Positions 12,920 through 26,174 of a DNA stretch of 64,000 bases are shown here, piece after piece (position 1 is the first letter of the stretch; the number at the start of each line of letters is the position of its first letter). The translations under genes and the position numbers were made by a program. Under the pieces are notes generated by a model. The model made no database searches. It had not been told where the DNA came from and saw only the letters and a list, made by a program, of their open reading frames with translations. Source of the DNA: Octopus vulgaris (lineage: Eukaryota); the NCBI GenBank assembly GCA_951406725.2, contig OX597819.1:132866001-132930000 (forward strand), given 5' to 3'.

Positions 12920-13335
12920 CATAATCTTTGGTTGTCTGCTATTTCATCATAATCCTCATTAAAACAGTCTTGGTGTTTACGTTCTGTTTTCCCGAATACT
13001 GCGAGCGAAGATGTAGCAAATGTGTCCCGACATTTCATCCATTTGGAAAGATATGAATCTTCTGTTGTCCCTAAAGAGCGGCTTAGTGTATCTTCAGGCT
13101 TAGTATCCTTATCTCTGGACCTGAATTTGTTGAGGTTCAAAGCAAATTTCATTGAAGCCGTCTGCTGTTCTTTCTTTTGAGTTTGCATTCGGCTCTCATT
13201 AAGCGCTGATCAACCTAGCAATCAGCACCTCACACAGACTACGCAACAAATACGTCATGCCAACCTTTTTGGCGATAAATGATGTCAATAAAGCGCCAGG
13301 GCTTAGAGCGGACTTGTATCCAAGATATGCGCTTC
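12920..13335 (-). mobile_element. RTE-clade LINE fragment (AP-endonuclease C-terminus and linker)
   Basis: SWIQVRSKPWRFIDII, DVFVA*SV*GADC*VDQRL and KHQDCFNEDYDEI resemble RTE motifs WMHPRSKHWHLIDY, GADCWTDHRL and HQDWFDEND. Confidence 0.75.
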
Positions 13336-13789
13336 CTAAAAAGCTATTTAGAATTGGTGTTTGTCTCGAGTAAATGGTTCACAGTGCAGGGATGGATTAA
13401 ATTTTGCCACTAGAATTACAGTTGCCAACTCCATTAGTTTCTTATAAACTCCACCATTTTCGGTCATCCGTTTCAACCCTGGGATTGAAGTCACCAAGCA
13501 ATATGAGTTTTTCTTTTGAGGAATGGTTCGAATTAGTGATGACAGATATAGAAAATAATGTCTGTAGATCAGGTTAGTAACTACAGTGGGCATCAGCTCT
13601 GAAGTTCGACAGATTCCCTGCTTGCCACCTTGACAACCCACTTCGCCCATCCCTTCTAACCTCGAAATTAAAGCTAAGCTATTGAACCTTAAACATTGAC
13701 TTTGCAACAAAAAGATTCCACTCCATTCTATAATCTATCGAGATCCCAATTCTTTATTCTACAAATCTGTGTTCAAGATACCTAATATG

Positions 13790-15545
13790 CGTACTTTCAG
13801 ACAAAGAGGGAATTGTGTTACAGATTAGAATGAATACGATGCACTGGCATCCGAAGATCTAAGCAACACAACGTTATATGAAAACATCAATGACGTCACA
13901 TCTAACCAGCTCGAAAATTCCCGTAAACACCTGCTGGACTAACACCTGTAAAGACAGAGGTTTCTCGAGCAAGATTAAGTGCAACTTCATCACGAGAAGC
14001 AGCAAACTCCCCACCTTCTCTCAAAAACACATGAACCGGGATGAAATTAAAAAATTAGACCTTTTCTCTCTGGCAATCACGGACTCTTCTACAAAATCTT
14101 TTGGCTTTCTTAGAATTCTTCAAGCTACTTCTTCAAACCTTCCCGGCACATGTTTTAAATCTGCACCAAAGTCTTCAACAAACTGAGAGATCTCAACCTA
14201 TCCATACTTAGCTTGTCCGTTGCTTTTTTATACACCTCTGTCTCAGCAACTCTAGTTATCAACTTACTGAACGGATTGCCAACTCTCACAACCTTAACTG
14301 CTTTGCACTCACAACTACAGATATTCAGGAACAATTAATCGCAATAATGGAAAGCATCTTCCTATTCAAAGGCCCCATTTACAAAAACATCTCTGGAGGT
14401 CCGATGGGTTAACCTTGTCAGACATGCTGGCCATCACATCTATGGAGCGGTTAGAACGCAGGGCACTGAACAGTTGTCATTCTTATGCCTTTTTCGCCAG
14501 ATATGCGGATGACATTCTCATATTAATATCATCTATCGAGGAGGCTGTTAAAATACACATGTTCAACAAGATTTCGCGCATTTGCTCCTCATCTCTAATC
14601 GACCTTTATCTTAAAAACACTGAGAACAGATCACTCATTACTAACGTTTGCAGGGATTTATTTAGCTTCTACATACTGGTTTTCATCCCTGTTCGTCAGA
14701 GATAATTCTCTGATACCCCAATTCGAAAGCACGAACATCATACAATTACGAAATTTCCTGATGGAGGAAGGTTATCCGTACTCTTTCACTAAATGCTAGA
14801 GCATCATCAAACCAAACGACCAGATCTACACCTCGAAAGATAGCCTGTGTTTCCTGAAACTCACATTTAATGAAAAGAGAAAAAAAAAACGGAAACAGCT
14901 GCAGCAATCCGCCGTCCGATCCGTATGGAGGAATGGAATATACGACTGGAACGTTCAGGATCTTCTCTGAGGAGTGCCCTGACTAAAAACCGCTAAAACA
15001 TCACCTTATATACATTACCGAACTTCCTGATCACGTATGACTGCGTCTCAGCGATGTGAGTGAAATCACGTGCAGCAAATGCAAGGAATTCTACACCAAA
15101 AGTACCATCAGGCGAATTCACATACGGGTCAAAGAAAGCCTCGACGCTAATGCCTCTTCCGTCAGAAAACATCTACAAAAATGCCAAATTCAAGACATCT
15201 GAGCTTTCATTGAACCTACAGGAAAAAACCCAAAATACATAGGGAACTTGAGATTAAAAGAACCTAATTTAATTAACAAGTATTAATAGCAGACCTGAAT
15301 TGCACACAGTTGATTGCCTGCTATAGCAACGCAAAACAACCCTTCATATACCCGCACTACAGAGCAGAGACATCAACTATCAACATCTTTTGTTCGTAAG
15401 TTTCCCGAAGAAGGATTCCTGACCCTGAAATATTGAAAGAGCAGATGACAGGACTAACCATCGACTTTTATAATTTGCATTGTTTTGGCTTTAAAATATA
15501 TTTCAATCGTTTCCGCATATCAAACAATGTTTCGTGAAAACCATA
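13790..15545 (+). mobile_element. Decayed Penelope-like element (RT with pLTR-like 3' end)
   Basis: Frameshifted PLE RT motifs SDK.G, IRPFLS, LYTSVS, GGPMG*PLSDMLA and RYADDILIL. Ends in an HHR-like motif and a (TA)n tract. Confidence 0.75.
15401..15438 (+). ncRNA. Decayed minimal hammerhead ribozyme of the PLE (U4C change)
   Basis: tttc-CCGAAGA-agg-attcctgac-cct-GAA-ATAT-T-gaaa. Confidence 0.5.
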
Positions 15546-15563
15546 CTATACTAATATATACAC

Positions 15564-15604
<41 letters not shown>

Positions 15605-15611
<7 letters not shown>

Positions 15612-15823
15612 GTGTATATTGACAGGGCAAGACTGCTAGGTAGTCGGCCGTATGCTAGAAATAGATCATCAACGATCAAATTACAAAGAAAGTTCTCTAG
15701 AGGAAAAATTCAGCGAACACCAGAACCAAATTTGGCGGCAGGACAGATGAAAATATGTTGATGATCTATTTCTAGCATACGGCCGACTACCTAGCAGTCT
15801 TGCCCTGCCAATATACACATATA
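15605..15823. repeat. Near-perfect ~65-bp inverted repeat with ~85-bp spacer, next to (TA)n
   Basis: gtgtatattgacagggcaagactgctaggtagtcggccgtatgctagaaatagatcatcaac and its reverse complement beginning near 15757. Confidence 0.9.
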
Positions 15824-15918
15824 TTAGAATTTTCTCTGATTTCTCAGATTTTTTGTATGCTGGACTACTGGTTTTAAATTGATGTTAAAATTAATATTAA
15901 TTTGTGTCCCTCATTATT

Positions 15919-15978
<60 letters not shown>

Positions 15979-17416
15979 TATATATGCATGTATATATAGT
16001 TATAAATTATTAAGGTAGATATTCGCAACTAGTGTAGTCGTCACTGAAATGATGAAGGGCGCTAGTAAGCACCAGCATTGCTAGAAATAAGAGTCAAAAC
16101 AACTCTTAGCCATGTGAGAGCACTTCTCTAACAGTTGACAAGGGAGACTAGATCTCTCCCTACGGCAGGCAAGATGGAGTCATATCAGCGGTGATTTCAG
16201 GTTTGATTAATCTCTATCAGCGACCCATTACTCCGTCACCGTGGGTCAAAGAACTTAACCCACTCTGTCAGTCTTATAGAGAACACCACAGGAAACATTA
16301 AATGATTCCGAAAATGGTGAAGTGATGTATATATATCAGAGATGTCATTATTGTAGTTAACAAAATTAGAAACAATTCTCGTAAGTTATTCAGACAATAG
16401 TGAGAGCAAAACAATAAAACCTTTTTTAATCGTTCGCTTTTTCACACGGAAGTTTGTTGATTGTGGACCGGTGTCTGTCTGAGAACATTTTACTATCATT
16501 CTCAAATAGTTTATGAATTCTTTGAAAACAGTTTTAATGCAAGACGAGTTGAACTGGAATAGAAGTGACGAAATTTATGTGTCAGATTTATATTTTATGC
16601 AAAATAAAATTTTTTTAAATTGTCACAACTACAGGTAATAAACTGAATTCAATTAAAACCAAATTTATTCTGCTAAGTTCGAAACTTTCAATTCTTCTGC
16701 TCAGAAGGAAAAGAGAGAAATTGGTGATGATAATATTCAGGCCTACTATCATACCATTCCTTTGGATGATTCCAAATGACTTGGAATTCTTGATTCAAGG
16801 ATTCAGATTGAATTTAAGACACATTCTCAAGGGGTTCCATAACAAATGGAATTGCATAAGGATGAATTGATTTAAAAACCAACGAAGAGACAAACCTCAC
16901 ACAACTACATTTATCTTAACATTCAATTACAAATCTTTATCTCGGATTATTAGCTGTTGTAAAAAAAAAAGAGTTACTAATTCTGTTTCTATCGTCACAT
17001 TTTATTTGAACACAGATTAAGTTAGGTAACGGATATTTCACGAAAAGGTGAATACAAGAAATCGAACAGTTTGATTTCAAGATGATATTTACCAATATTC
17101 AACTGGAGGTGCAAAAATGCATCTCGTAACGATCGATAAATTCTCGTTTAAGAATACTTCCAGATTCCTACAAACTATTGTATGTATCTTTGGTTTTACA
17201 ATAAATTCTATAATATATATATATATATATATACGCACACACACAAACACACAGAGACACACATACCCTTAAATACGTATATACATTAATCTTAAGCAAA
17301 AATATTATCGACTACCTTTCTGACGATGGGAAAATTGAACATTAGCATGACCACGTGTGTATCATTGGCGATTTTCTTTCTCCGTCTTCCCTTCCTTGGA
17401 CCTTTCCTTTTTCTAT

Positions 17417-17452
17417 GTTTCTGACGAAGAGCTCCGCCCGAAACGTTAAAAC
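17417..17452 (+). ncRNA. Minimal hammerhead ribozyme in a short pLTR-like element (~17345-17540)
   Basis: gttt-CTGACGA-a-gagc-tcc-gccc-GAAAC-GTT-aaaac. One stem II mismatch; same family as 32548. Confidence 0.65.
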
Positions 17453-17555
17453 CTCCTTCTTTCTTTCCTTTCCTGAGCGTCCAATAACACTATTCTTTTT
17501 CCATGTCCTCGCGTTTTTGCGTTTTCTCTTTGTGTTTTCATGTTTGGATTAACTA

Positions 17556-17662
<107 letters not shown>

Positions 17663-17788
17663 GTGTGTGTGTGTTGAATGTTCAACTTCTTCATTGTCCT
17701 TATTATCAACGTTGTACTTGACACTATAAATATATATATATATACATGTATATATATATATATACATGTATGTATGTGTACATATATA

Positions 17789-18712
17789 TTGGGTCAACCC
17801 ATAGATAATGCATGGAAGGTCGGAGGGGGACGGGATAGACTACCTGCATCAACTTACTATAAAAGTAGGTAGTAATGTTACCTTGTACTTATTCTTAGTG
17901 CAAATTTGAAGAGTGCAGTTCGATTTCAACAGTTTCTTTTCCAAAGCTGTATTGGAACTGTCAAAGAAGAATATTCGGCATATTTTGCTTTATGAGATCA
18001 TTAAAGACAACAACGCAACGGAACGTACGAGGAATATTAATGCAGTACGTAGAGATTGGAGAGTAAGCGTAGGCTAGTGCCGGCGGTGGTGCCAGAAATT
18101 CTGAGCAGAAAACTACAGTTTGGAGGACGAGCCTCGTCCTGGAAGATCTGTAGAAGACATCCTATAAATCCTGTAAATCCTGGTGGAACAAAATCCCATC
18201 GTAACTGTTGAATAACTTGCAGAGAAGCTTGGATATGGTGGGCGGGGCATCACTTCCCATTCAAACTGCTCCAGCCTTTAGAATGTCATCCTCAGCCTAT
18301 GTGGCTGAGCATTATCCAGATGGAAGAACACCTTTCGTCTTGAAACGAAAGATGGTCGTTTTTCTTCTGTGCTGACTTAAAAGTCATCAAATTGGGTCAG
18401 TGGGTTCCTCACAAACTTTCCGAGTCTGATCGTGCGCAGAGAGTGAATGTGTCGTTTTCTTTAATGCCACGTCTCACGAATGAACCTTTTTTGGACCGAA
18501 TAGTGACTGGCGACGAAAAATAGGTTCTCGATAAAAATGTCAAGCGCCGAGGAGGCTAAAGGAGGTCTTCACCCACGTAAGGTGTTGTTATCTGTTTGGT
18601 GTGATATGAATGGTTTAGTCCACTTTGAACTTTTAAACAGAAATCAAATGATAACAAATCAAATGCGGCTTAAGTCAACACTAGAAGAAAAACGACCAAC
18701 TTTCGTTTCTTT
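17789..18712 (+). mobile_element. Decayed mariner with transposase pseudogene, 3' truncated
   Basis: TA plus TTGGGTCAACCCATA terminus. Motifs NIRHILLYE, LEDEPRPGR, KLGQWVPHKLSE, PFLDRIVTGDEK and LHPRKVLLSVWCD..GLVHFELL, with stops and frameshifts. Confidence 0.9.
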
Positions 18713-18720
18713 TTTAATCT

Positions 18721-18791
18721 AAGTTACAGGGACGTAAACACACCAGCATCGGTTGTCAAGCGATGTTGAGAGGGACCAATACAGACACACA

Positions 18792-18825
<34 letters not shown>

Positions 18826-18826
18826 T

Positions 18827-18882
<56 letters not shown>

Positions 18883-19011
18883 TTTCAGCTTCCGTCTACC
18901 AAATCCACTCACAAGTAGAAGACACTTGCCCAAGGTGCCACACAGTGGGACTGAACCCGGAACCATGCGGTTCGTAAGCAAGCTGCTTACCACACAGCCA
19001 CTCCTACGCCT
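18721..19011 (-). mobile_element. CORE-like tRNA-SINE with an internal TA/CA microsatellite
   Basis: Minus strand TGGCTGTGTGGTAAG..GGTTCAGTCCC..CACCTTGGGCAAGTG. Confidence 0.85.
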
Positions 19012-19348
19012 TTATATATATGTAAATTTATATATATATAAATGAAATATATATTCTAGTGAATGTTCAATATAATATTTTTGATAGAGTGAGTGATTTG
19101 AAATATAACCGGTTTCGATGTATCCATCTTATTAAATATGTGAAAGAATTTTTTCGGAAGTCAAAGAGATAAAAATTGGTGGTTTGTACCCAAGTGAAAT
19201 TTTACTTTGGGGTTACTTCTCATTTATGTTTTGTCTATGTAGTTTTGGGGTGGGGCTCAAGAGTTCAATTTTCAGGAATTCTATGGTATATATATATATA
19301 AGTTTATGAAAGAATGGAGTTGAACGACTTGTTAACAAATTTCCTTTA

Positions 19349-19431
19349 TTTTCGACATATGTTTCGAAGGCTGCATATTCCTAATTCCGAAGGAATAAGG
19401 AGTACATTATGCAGATTTCTCATCAGGAAAG
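19349..19431 (-). ncRNA. Type I hammerhead ribozyme with intact core and long stem II
   Basis: Minus strand tttc-CTGATGA-gaaatctgcata...tatgcagccttc-GAAAC-ATAT-GTC-gaaa. Stem I tttc/gaaa; palindromic stem III ACATATGT; GUC cleavage triplet. Confidence 0.85.
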
Positions 19432-20659
19432 GCAAGGAACTTATGTCGACATCAAACTGCAAAAAAAACTTTTAGCTGACTGCTCTCAAGGAGCCCATGG
19501 CGATAATGAGTGTCTGTTTATAAGGAGTGACGTCAGAGTGGCTGAATGTAGAAGAATCTAGAAGGATCTAAAGGTTCAAGGGTTCAAACGAAGTAGGAGG
19601 AGGGAGGCATAAGAATAGTAAGGTGAGAGGGTGCAGATCAAAAGAATGGTGGGTTTAATTGATTTCTTTTATGAATGAGTGCCTGTGTGTGTGACTGTAT
19701 ATAACTGTCATAATGTGTGTATGTGTGTGTGTGAGTGCGTGATTGTGTTTGTGGATGGGTAGATGTCAGAAAACTATGTATGTATGTATGTATGTATGTA
19801 TGTATGTATGTATGTATGTATGTGTGTGCGTATATATAAACTTTCGCGTTATTATTTTCGTCTTCCCGTGCGGATGTTGCTCGTGAAAGTTTTGCCAAGA
19901 ATCGTGTTAGACTTGGTAAACCTAACGAACAGCAGCAGAAGAGTCTATTGACACTGTACGAAGTTACTTCTGCTGGTGATTGGTCAATGGCTGGCAAGTG
20001 ATAAAATATTGACTTTTTTGGCATGTGGGTCACAGACAAGTTATTATATCTATGGCAAACATAAAGAGTGAGTTAGAGAGAGAAAGAGAGAAAGAGAGGG
20101 GAAAACAAAGAAGGAGTGATGAAAGAGAGGGAGTAAGAAGATACGTAGCCAGAGGTAAAAAGAAGAGAAAGGTTATAGAAGTTCACCGAAACAGAGATAA
20201 TACATCAAAATGGTAGAATGGTGTCGGTGACTTTCTGTTTTTTTTTTTCGTAGTCAATGGAATTTTTCTCCTTCAAAAATCCTATCAAACATTAATTGGA
20301 TAATCCCATACATAGACACACACACACATACACATACATACGTTCGACCTCACACGCGCACACCTACCACGAAAGTTCCAGAGACGTTTCAAGATTACTG
20401 GTCTTATCTATAGAGGAAATGTTTGGAGTGGTTAATGTTTGATTTTTATTGAAAACACAAACATGAAAAGCGCAATCACACAAACATCATAGAAGCAGGC
20501 ATGGCTGTGTGGAGAAGACGTTTCTTTCGTAAACGTCTGGTTTCAAGTTTGATCTCACTGCATGGACACCTTGAGAGACTGTCTCACTGTAACCCCAGTC
20601 TAACCAGAGACATGGCATCTAGAATATCATGAACAAAAGTATTATGAAAGCCCGTAATA

Positions 20660-20740
<81 letters not shown>

Positions 20741-21302
20741 ATATATATATCGTAATCATATTCTTCCAATAAAATTGTATTCTACACAGACATATGTTCC
20801 CATTCCTGCCCAGCGGCTTAAACCTACGGTCACTAACAACATTCTGTATTAAATCAGTTTATTTAACGAGGTTTCCCTTATTATATCCACCTGAAGAGAC
20901 ACTTCTACACCGAGGGAGGCACCATAACTAGTTGTATAATTTCTCACCCATGAGGGATCGATGCAGGATTTTTCCAAACAACCATTGGGGTAATAAAGTT
21001 TCCCGTGTATTCCGTTTTCTGCCTGTATCATTTGTTTTATACTCAACGTACACACAGGAGTTACTGAGGTAGATCTAGCGACAATTGTGTAATTTCCGTG
21101 GATGACACCAGGTAGCCATAAGCAGCGAAAGTGGTGTATTTGCCTGGGTATATATATATATATATATATATATACATACATACTATACATATATATGTTT
21201 GTGTGTGTGTGTGTTTGTGCAGGATTTGCTAAAATCTAGATTTCTATAAACCAATGTTTAAGCAATGAGAAACAAAATGGCGAAATGTATCATAATGTTA
21301 TA

Positions 21303-22097
21303 TGTGGCTGTGTGGTTAAAGGCTTGTTCCCCAACCTCATAGTTCCGGGTTCAATCCCAGTGCGTGGTACCTTGGGCATGTCTTCTATAGCTTCGGGCCG
21401 ACCAAAGCCTTGCGATTGGGTTTGGTAGACGGATCCATCCCATCCCACCTCACCCCATCCCTTACACCCACTCCCATATACCCGATCTCTACCCCCAGCC
21501 TCAGCCTAACCCACACTCCACTCTTGTTTTACCGCACTCTCGCCTCCCCCACTTCCCAACACCAGTACATCATACCACACAACACCACATCACATCGCAA
21601 CACACCACCACGCACACACCTGCACTGACCACTTCCCAGCCCCACATCCACCCACTACACATACACACACGCACACGTCAAGGTCACCAGCCCTCTTCCA
21701 CACGCACATACATACTCTCTTATACAAACGTACGCGCACCTTCGTTTTGGGATCACCACTACTTTATTATCTCCCCTTCTTCCTAGCTCTCCCGTGTGAC
21801 CCCTCTGTTCGGCATTCACCGTGATAGATCGCTAGCAACTACACATTCTTTATTTTCTCTCCTTCTTTCTTTCTGGGTTCCACATGTGTGTGTTTTTTTA
21901 TCTGCGGCTGTTCCCCCACACCGCTTGATAACCGGTGTTGTTGTGTTTACGTCCTCGCGACTTACTGGTTTGGCAAAAGAGGTCGATAGAATACGTACCA
22001 GGTTTAGAAAGTCGATTTGTTCGATTAAATATTCTTCAAGGCGGTGCTACAGCATGGCCAGGTGTAATGATCGAAACAAGTAGAAGACAAAAAAGAC
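21303..22097 (+). mobile_element. CORE-like tRNA-SINE interrupted by a ~450-bp C/A-rich insert (~21435-21880)
   Basis: The head runs to ttggtagacgga; the tail resumes at ccccacaccgcttgataaccggtg. Confidence 0.75.
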
Positions 22098-22964
22098 AAA
22101 AAATAATGTGACAATGTGTATTTCATTAATTGAAAAAAAAATTAATTCGTAATTTTTCGACAACAGATTTGAACACTTCAATCATTTCATGGAAAAATGC
22201 ATTGGCAATACTTGAGCTTTCATGCACCAGATGATTCCCGTATGGCAATTAATGAATCACTATGATTTATCTGAGCAAAAAATATCATTAAACAAGTTTT
22301 AATTATTCAGAATCATCTGGACAAATTAGAAACGCTTTTCATTATCTTCAAATGTAATTGAACGCATGAAGAGAAATTTCTATGGCGCTCATCCACTTGA
22401 ATTGAATCATCTGCATAGACTTGCATTGACAATGTTAGAATCTCCACTGATACAACTGCCACTCGCATGATCAATTATCATTTTGCATTTCTTCAAATGC
22501 TTTTATAATATTTTCTTTCGACATTCTTCGAGTGATTCTAGACTTGAGCTTGAAGCATCATGCAACAAGTTTGATTCTTCAAACATTTTTTTTACTGAGA
22601 ACAGTAAAAGCTTTTCATGTGAATGAACCGTTTGTAGTCACGTGATGTTGTTAGGACATTTTTTGCCATATCTATAAAGTATTTTGTGGCTTGTAATTTC
22701 TACAAAGCGTCAGAATACCGCCCAAGTCTATTAATTTATAACCCTTGAAGTCGTACTGCGCTTAGGCAAATTTCAGTTACCGTCATGCTCAATAGAAGAG
22801 AAATTGGAAAATAAATACTTGCATAATACTCTCTCTCTCTCTTTCCCTTGCATACACACACACAAACGCACGCACACACACATACATACATACATACATA
22901 CATACATACATAGATACTTTCGTATATACATATATATATATATACATGTATGTATACATGAATT

Positions 22965-23009
<45 letters not shown>

Positions 23010-23249
23010 ATGCTTGCATACATGTATGCAGACATATATACATCTCCTTAAATTCGATATCTAATAACTGTTGTTGTTCTTATCCAAAGCGCAATGATAG
23101 AGTTTTGTCCCTTCCTCAGAAACTGGCTTCACGTTCTAGAAGGAATCCCTCCCAAATAAAAAGAACAAAAATACATGAGTACATACTACACACATACATA
23201 CACATGCATTTACATACATGCATACATACATAAACGGTTACATACACAT

Positions 23250-23816
23250 TATGGCTGCCCCCTCGTTATCGAGTATGGCCATTGCACGAAGCTTAACTGT
23301 TACTGGTGCTGTGATCGAATGTGACTTTTTAGCCCAGCCAAAGATCTACATTGTCTTGTACAAAATTGGCAACTAAAACCTTTACCGGTAATAGCCAGCT
23401 GTAGTTGTAACTGGGCTTCATGTACCTTTGCATGTCGTTTAAGTCCTCCTGCCGAATTACACTCTCTTCCACATGCCCGACAGATATGATTAGTATGGTG
23501 TGTTACACCACCACCAGAGGGCCAGGTTGTCACTCATCTGTCTCGTTTTATGACTACGAAGATGACTCATGAGTCCAGCTTTACTGAGGTAGGGTCTTAC
23601 ACAGACATTGCATGTCAGAATCAAAGGAAGATCCTTCCCTTCTGGAAGTGTAACAGCGATGCCCTTCCTGACATCCCTCCTTACTTTCTCATGTGCAACT
23701 CGAGATTTCTCAAAAGTGGCTGTCCCCTCGTGCACAATCCTTCTCCACCTGTTACGATCAATAGCTATGCTTTCCCATGTGTCAGGAGAAATGCAAGCAT
23801 CTCTTAAAGAAGCCTT
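23250..23816 (-). mobile_element. 3' end of an RTE-clade LINE with three C2H2 zinc fingers
   Basis: TWESIAIDRNRWRRIVHEG followed by CNVC..GLMSHLRSH, CRAC..GLKRHAKVH and CQFC..GLKSHIRSQH. RTE-type tail hairpin ctcg-ataa-cgag. Confidence 0.85.
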
Positions 23817-24241
23817 CACATACACATACAAATATACATACGTACATACATAGATACGTACAACGATACATACACGATTTCCACACATTAATTATATATT
23901 CCCTGAACAAAAAAAAAAAATAAAACAAAAAACGCTGATAATCTGCGGTTTCCCTGAAAATGTCGGTTCACTAGAAATTGTAACAATCGGAAAGCTTCGT
24001 AGCATTGCACAAATAAATAACGACAGCTAAGTGAAGATGACTGAAATTCTTCAAATACGGAAATAATTTATACAGTAATAACAAATGAATCATTTCTCTA
24101 ACCAGTCAGTTTTCCAAATGTCTTGCAGTATTTGCCTGGGTGTAGTATTCCTAGTCTTACAAAGAATATGTAAAATACGAGGAAAAGAATCTCGCTCTCT
24201 CTCTCTGAGTGTATGTATATATATATATATATACTCTCTGA

Positions 24242-24289
<48 letters not shown>

Positions 24290-24525
24290 TCAAAGGAATA
24301 ATAACAGACGACAATTATCAGCTCGTTACGGCTGTTTCTTGCGCATTTCTTAAATAGATGAACGAAAACGTTACTTCATTGCAAAAGGGACGTGACTGAA
24401 ATCTGTCGAGGCTTACGAAGAAAATGCAAAGAAGTACTGTTCTTCTCATTCTTCTATTTAAGGAATGCGTAAGAAACAGCTGTAATGGGCTGACAGTTGT
24501 CCATCGTCTGTTATTTGTCATTTGA
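24290..24525. repeat. Inverted repeat (~70-bp arms) containing a hammerhead 3' half
   Basis: 24290-24358 pairs with 24453-24525; GAAAC-AGCT-GTA at 24473-24484. Confidence 0.75.
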
Positions 24526-24780
24526 TTATAATACACAATATGGACTTACGACACGTCGGACACCCTGGATCATACCAACGACGTACAATCAAAGTAACTT
24601 GTGCTTTGGATCAGCCCATAGGCGCTAAATACTCATAGGGTTCGGTTCTCTGTGTACACAACCAAAATATCCTATCTGATATAAACCATAGGCGGTGACC
24701 TCAGGTTTATCCAACCCTACCTGGTGCATATCTTTTCAAGTACCCTTTCTATCTGAATTATTATTATTATTATTATTATT

Positions 24781-25290
24781 GAGTGAGAGAACAGCGCATG
24801 GCACTGGGGTACAATTATACGAAGCCCAATATACCCATCATGACTACTCGTCTTATGAGGGTACACCAGGCACATGCATCACAACCGTATGTGCACGACA
24901 TGATGATCTTATATCAAGATAAACAGTGCATGGCCTTGCAGGTAGGGCTCAGTTAAAATGTTCTTCAGGCTGATTAGCCCATCCTGCTCAATAACTTTTG
25001 TTTAAGGATGTTGAACGAAACACCCATGTTTGCAGAGGGGAATTATCCAAACCCCCAGAGAATCCCTTTCAACACATGGCTATGATGCTCACCCACTACT
25101 TCTGCTCTTGATCAGAGATGCAAATATCGTCAGCCACTAAGGGACATGTTCACCTGGCTAAGGTCAAACAACTGACAAGCAAATCTGTGGTATTGAGCAG
25201 AATATTTACTGTCACCCATCTTTTATACCAAGACAAAACAATGTACATGAGAAGCCATGAGAGCCACTGCCTGCTACTGCATCAGGGTAT
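24781..25290. mobile_element. Unclassified repeat-like segment between (ATT)n and (CAT)n tracts, possibly a non-autonomous R4/Dong relative
   Basis: Complex sequence sharply bounded by trinucleotide repeats, adjacent to an R4/Dong fragment. Confidence 0.35.
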
Positions 25291-25338
25291 TTATCGTCAT
25301 CGTCGTCGTCATCATCATCATCATCGTCACAGTCGTCG

Positions 25339-25404
<66 letters not shown>

Positions 25405-25406
<2 letters not shown>

Positions 25407-25890
25407 GCTTTTGCACAGCTTCTAACGCTGGAGATGTACTACGGTGTCAGCTGTTCATTACCAGTGAACTAAGGTAACACCCCTTATTTTTCGAGCACCT
25501 TCTAGAGTATTCAAGCAGTTCCAAGCAGTACTGTTTTCTGCAAGTGCTCCACCCTTATTGCAACCTCTATGTGTTCCATGTACTCCTCAAGATTTTTAAT
25601 CATTGTTCCCAGGGCTCCGACAATTATTTGTATTACTACCACCTTTTTCATCGAGCACAATTGCTTAACCTCCCAAGCTAACCTGTCATCTCTCTCGACT
25701 TTTCTTTCTTCCTTATCGCATACCTTATTGTCATCTGGGCATGCTATATCTATGATCCAGCATTGTTTGCTTTCTTTCTCAATTAAGACTATGTCTGGTT
25801 TCCTATTTTCTATCTCATTGCCGCACTGAATCATAAAATTCCACAGGGTCTTTGTATTATCATTTCCGATGATGCCTTCGGGTTTATGGT
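25405..25890 (-). mobile_element. R4/Dong-clade LINE 3' end (restriction-like endonuclease)
   Basis: TLWNFMIQC..ENRKPDIVLIEK..CWIIDIACP..IIVGALG..LQKTVLLGTA, ending in (TAA)n. The poly-E in the ORF is a (GAA)n tract. Confidence 0.88.
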
Positions 25891-26004
25891 CTTCTTCTTC
25901 TTCTTCTTCTTCTTCTTCTTCTTCTTCTTCTTCTTCTTCTTCTTCTTCTTCTTCTTCTTCTTCTTCTTCTTCTTCTTCTTCTTCTTCTTCTTCTTCTAAA
26001 TGAA

Positions 26005-26174
26005 GCGAGCTGGCATAATATTTAGCAGGCTGGACGAAAGGCTTAGCGGTACTTCGGCCGTCGCTACGTTCTGAGGTCAAATTCCGCCGAGTTCGAATTT
26101 GCGTTTCATCCTTTCACTGTAATTGACTTATCCCCTCCTCCAGAATTTCAGGCCTTGTGCCTATAGTAGAAAAG

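Noticed and set aside
23300-23888. Host C2H2 zinc-finger gene
   Set aside because: Fused to RTE C-terminal motifs and an RTE tail, and 5'-truncated at a microsatellite.
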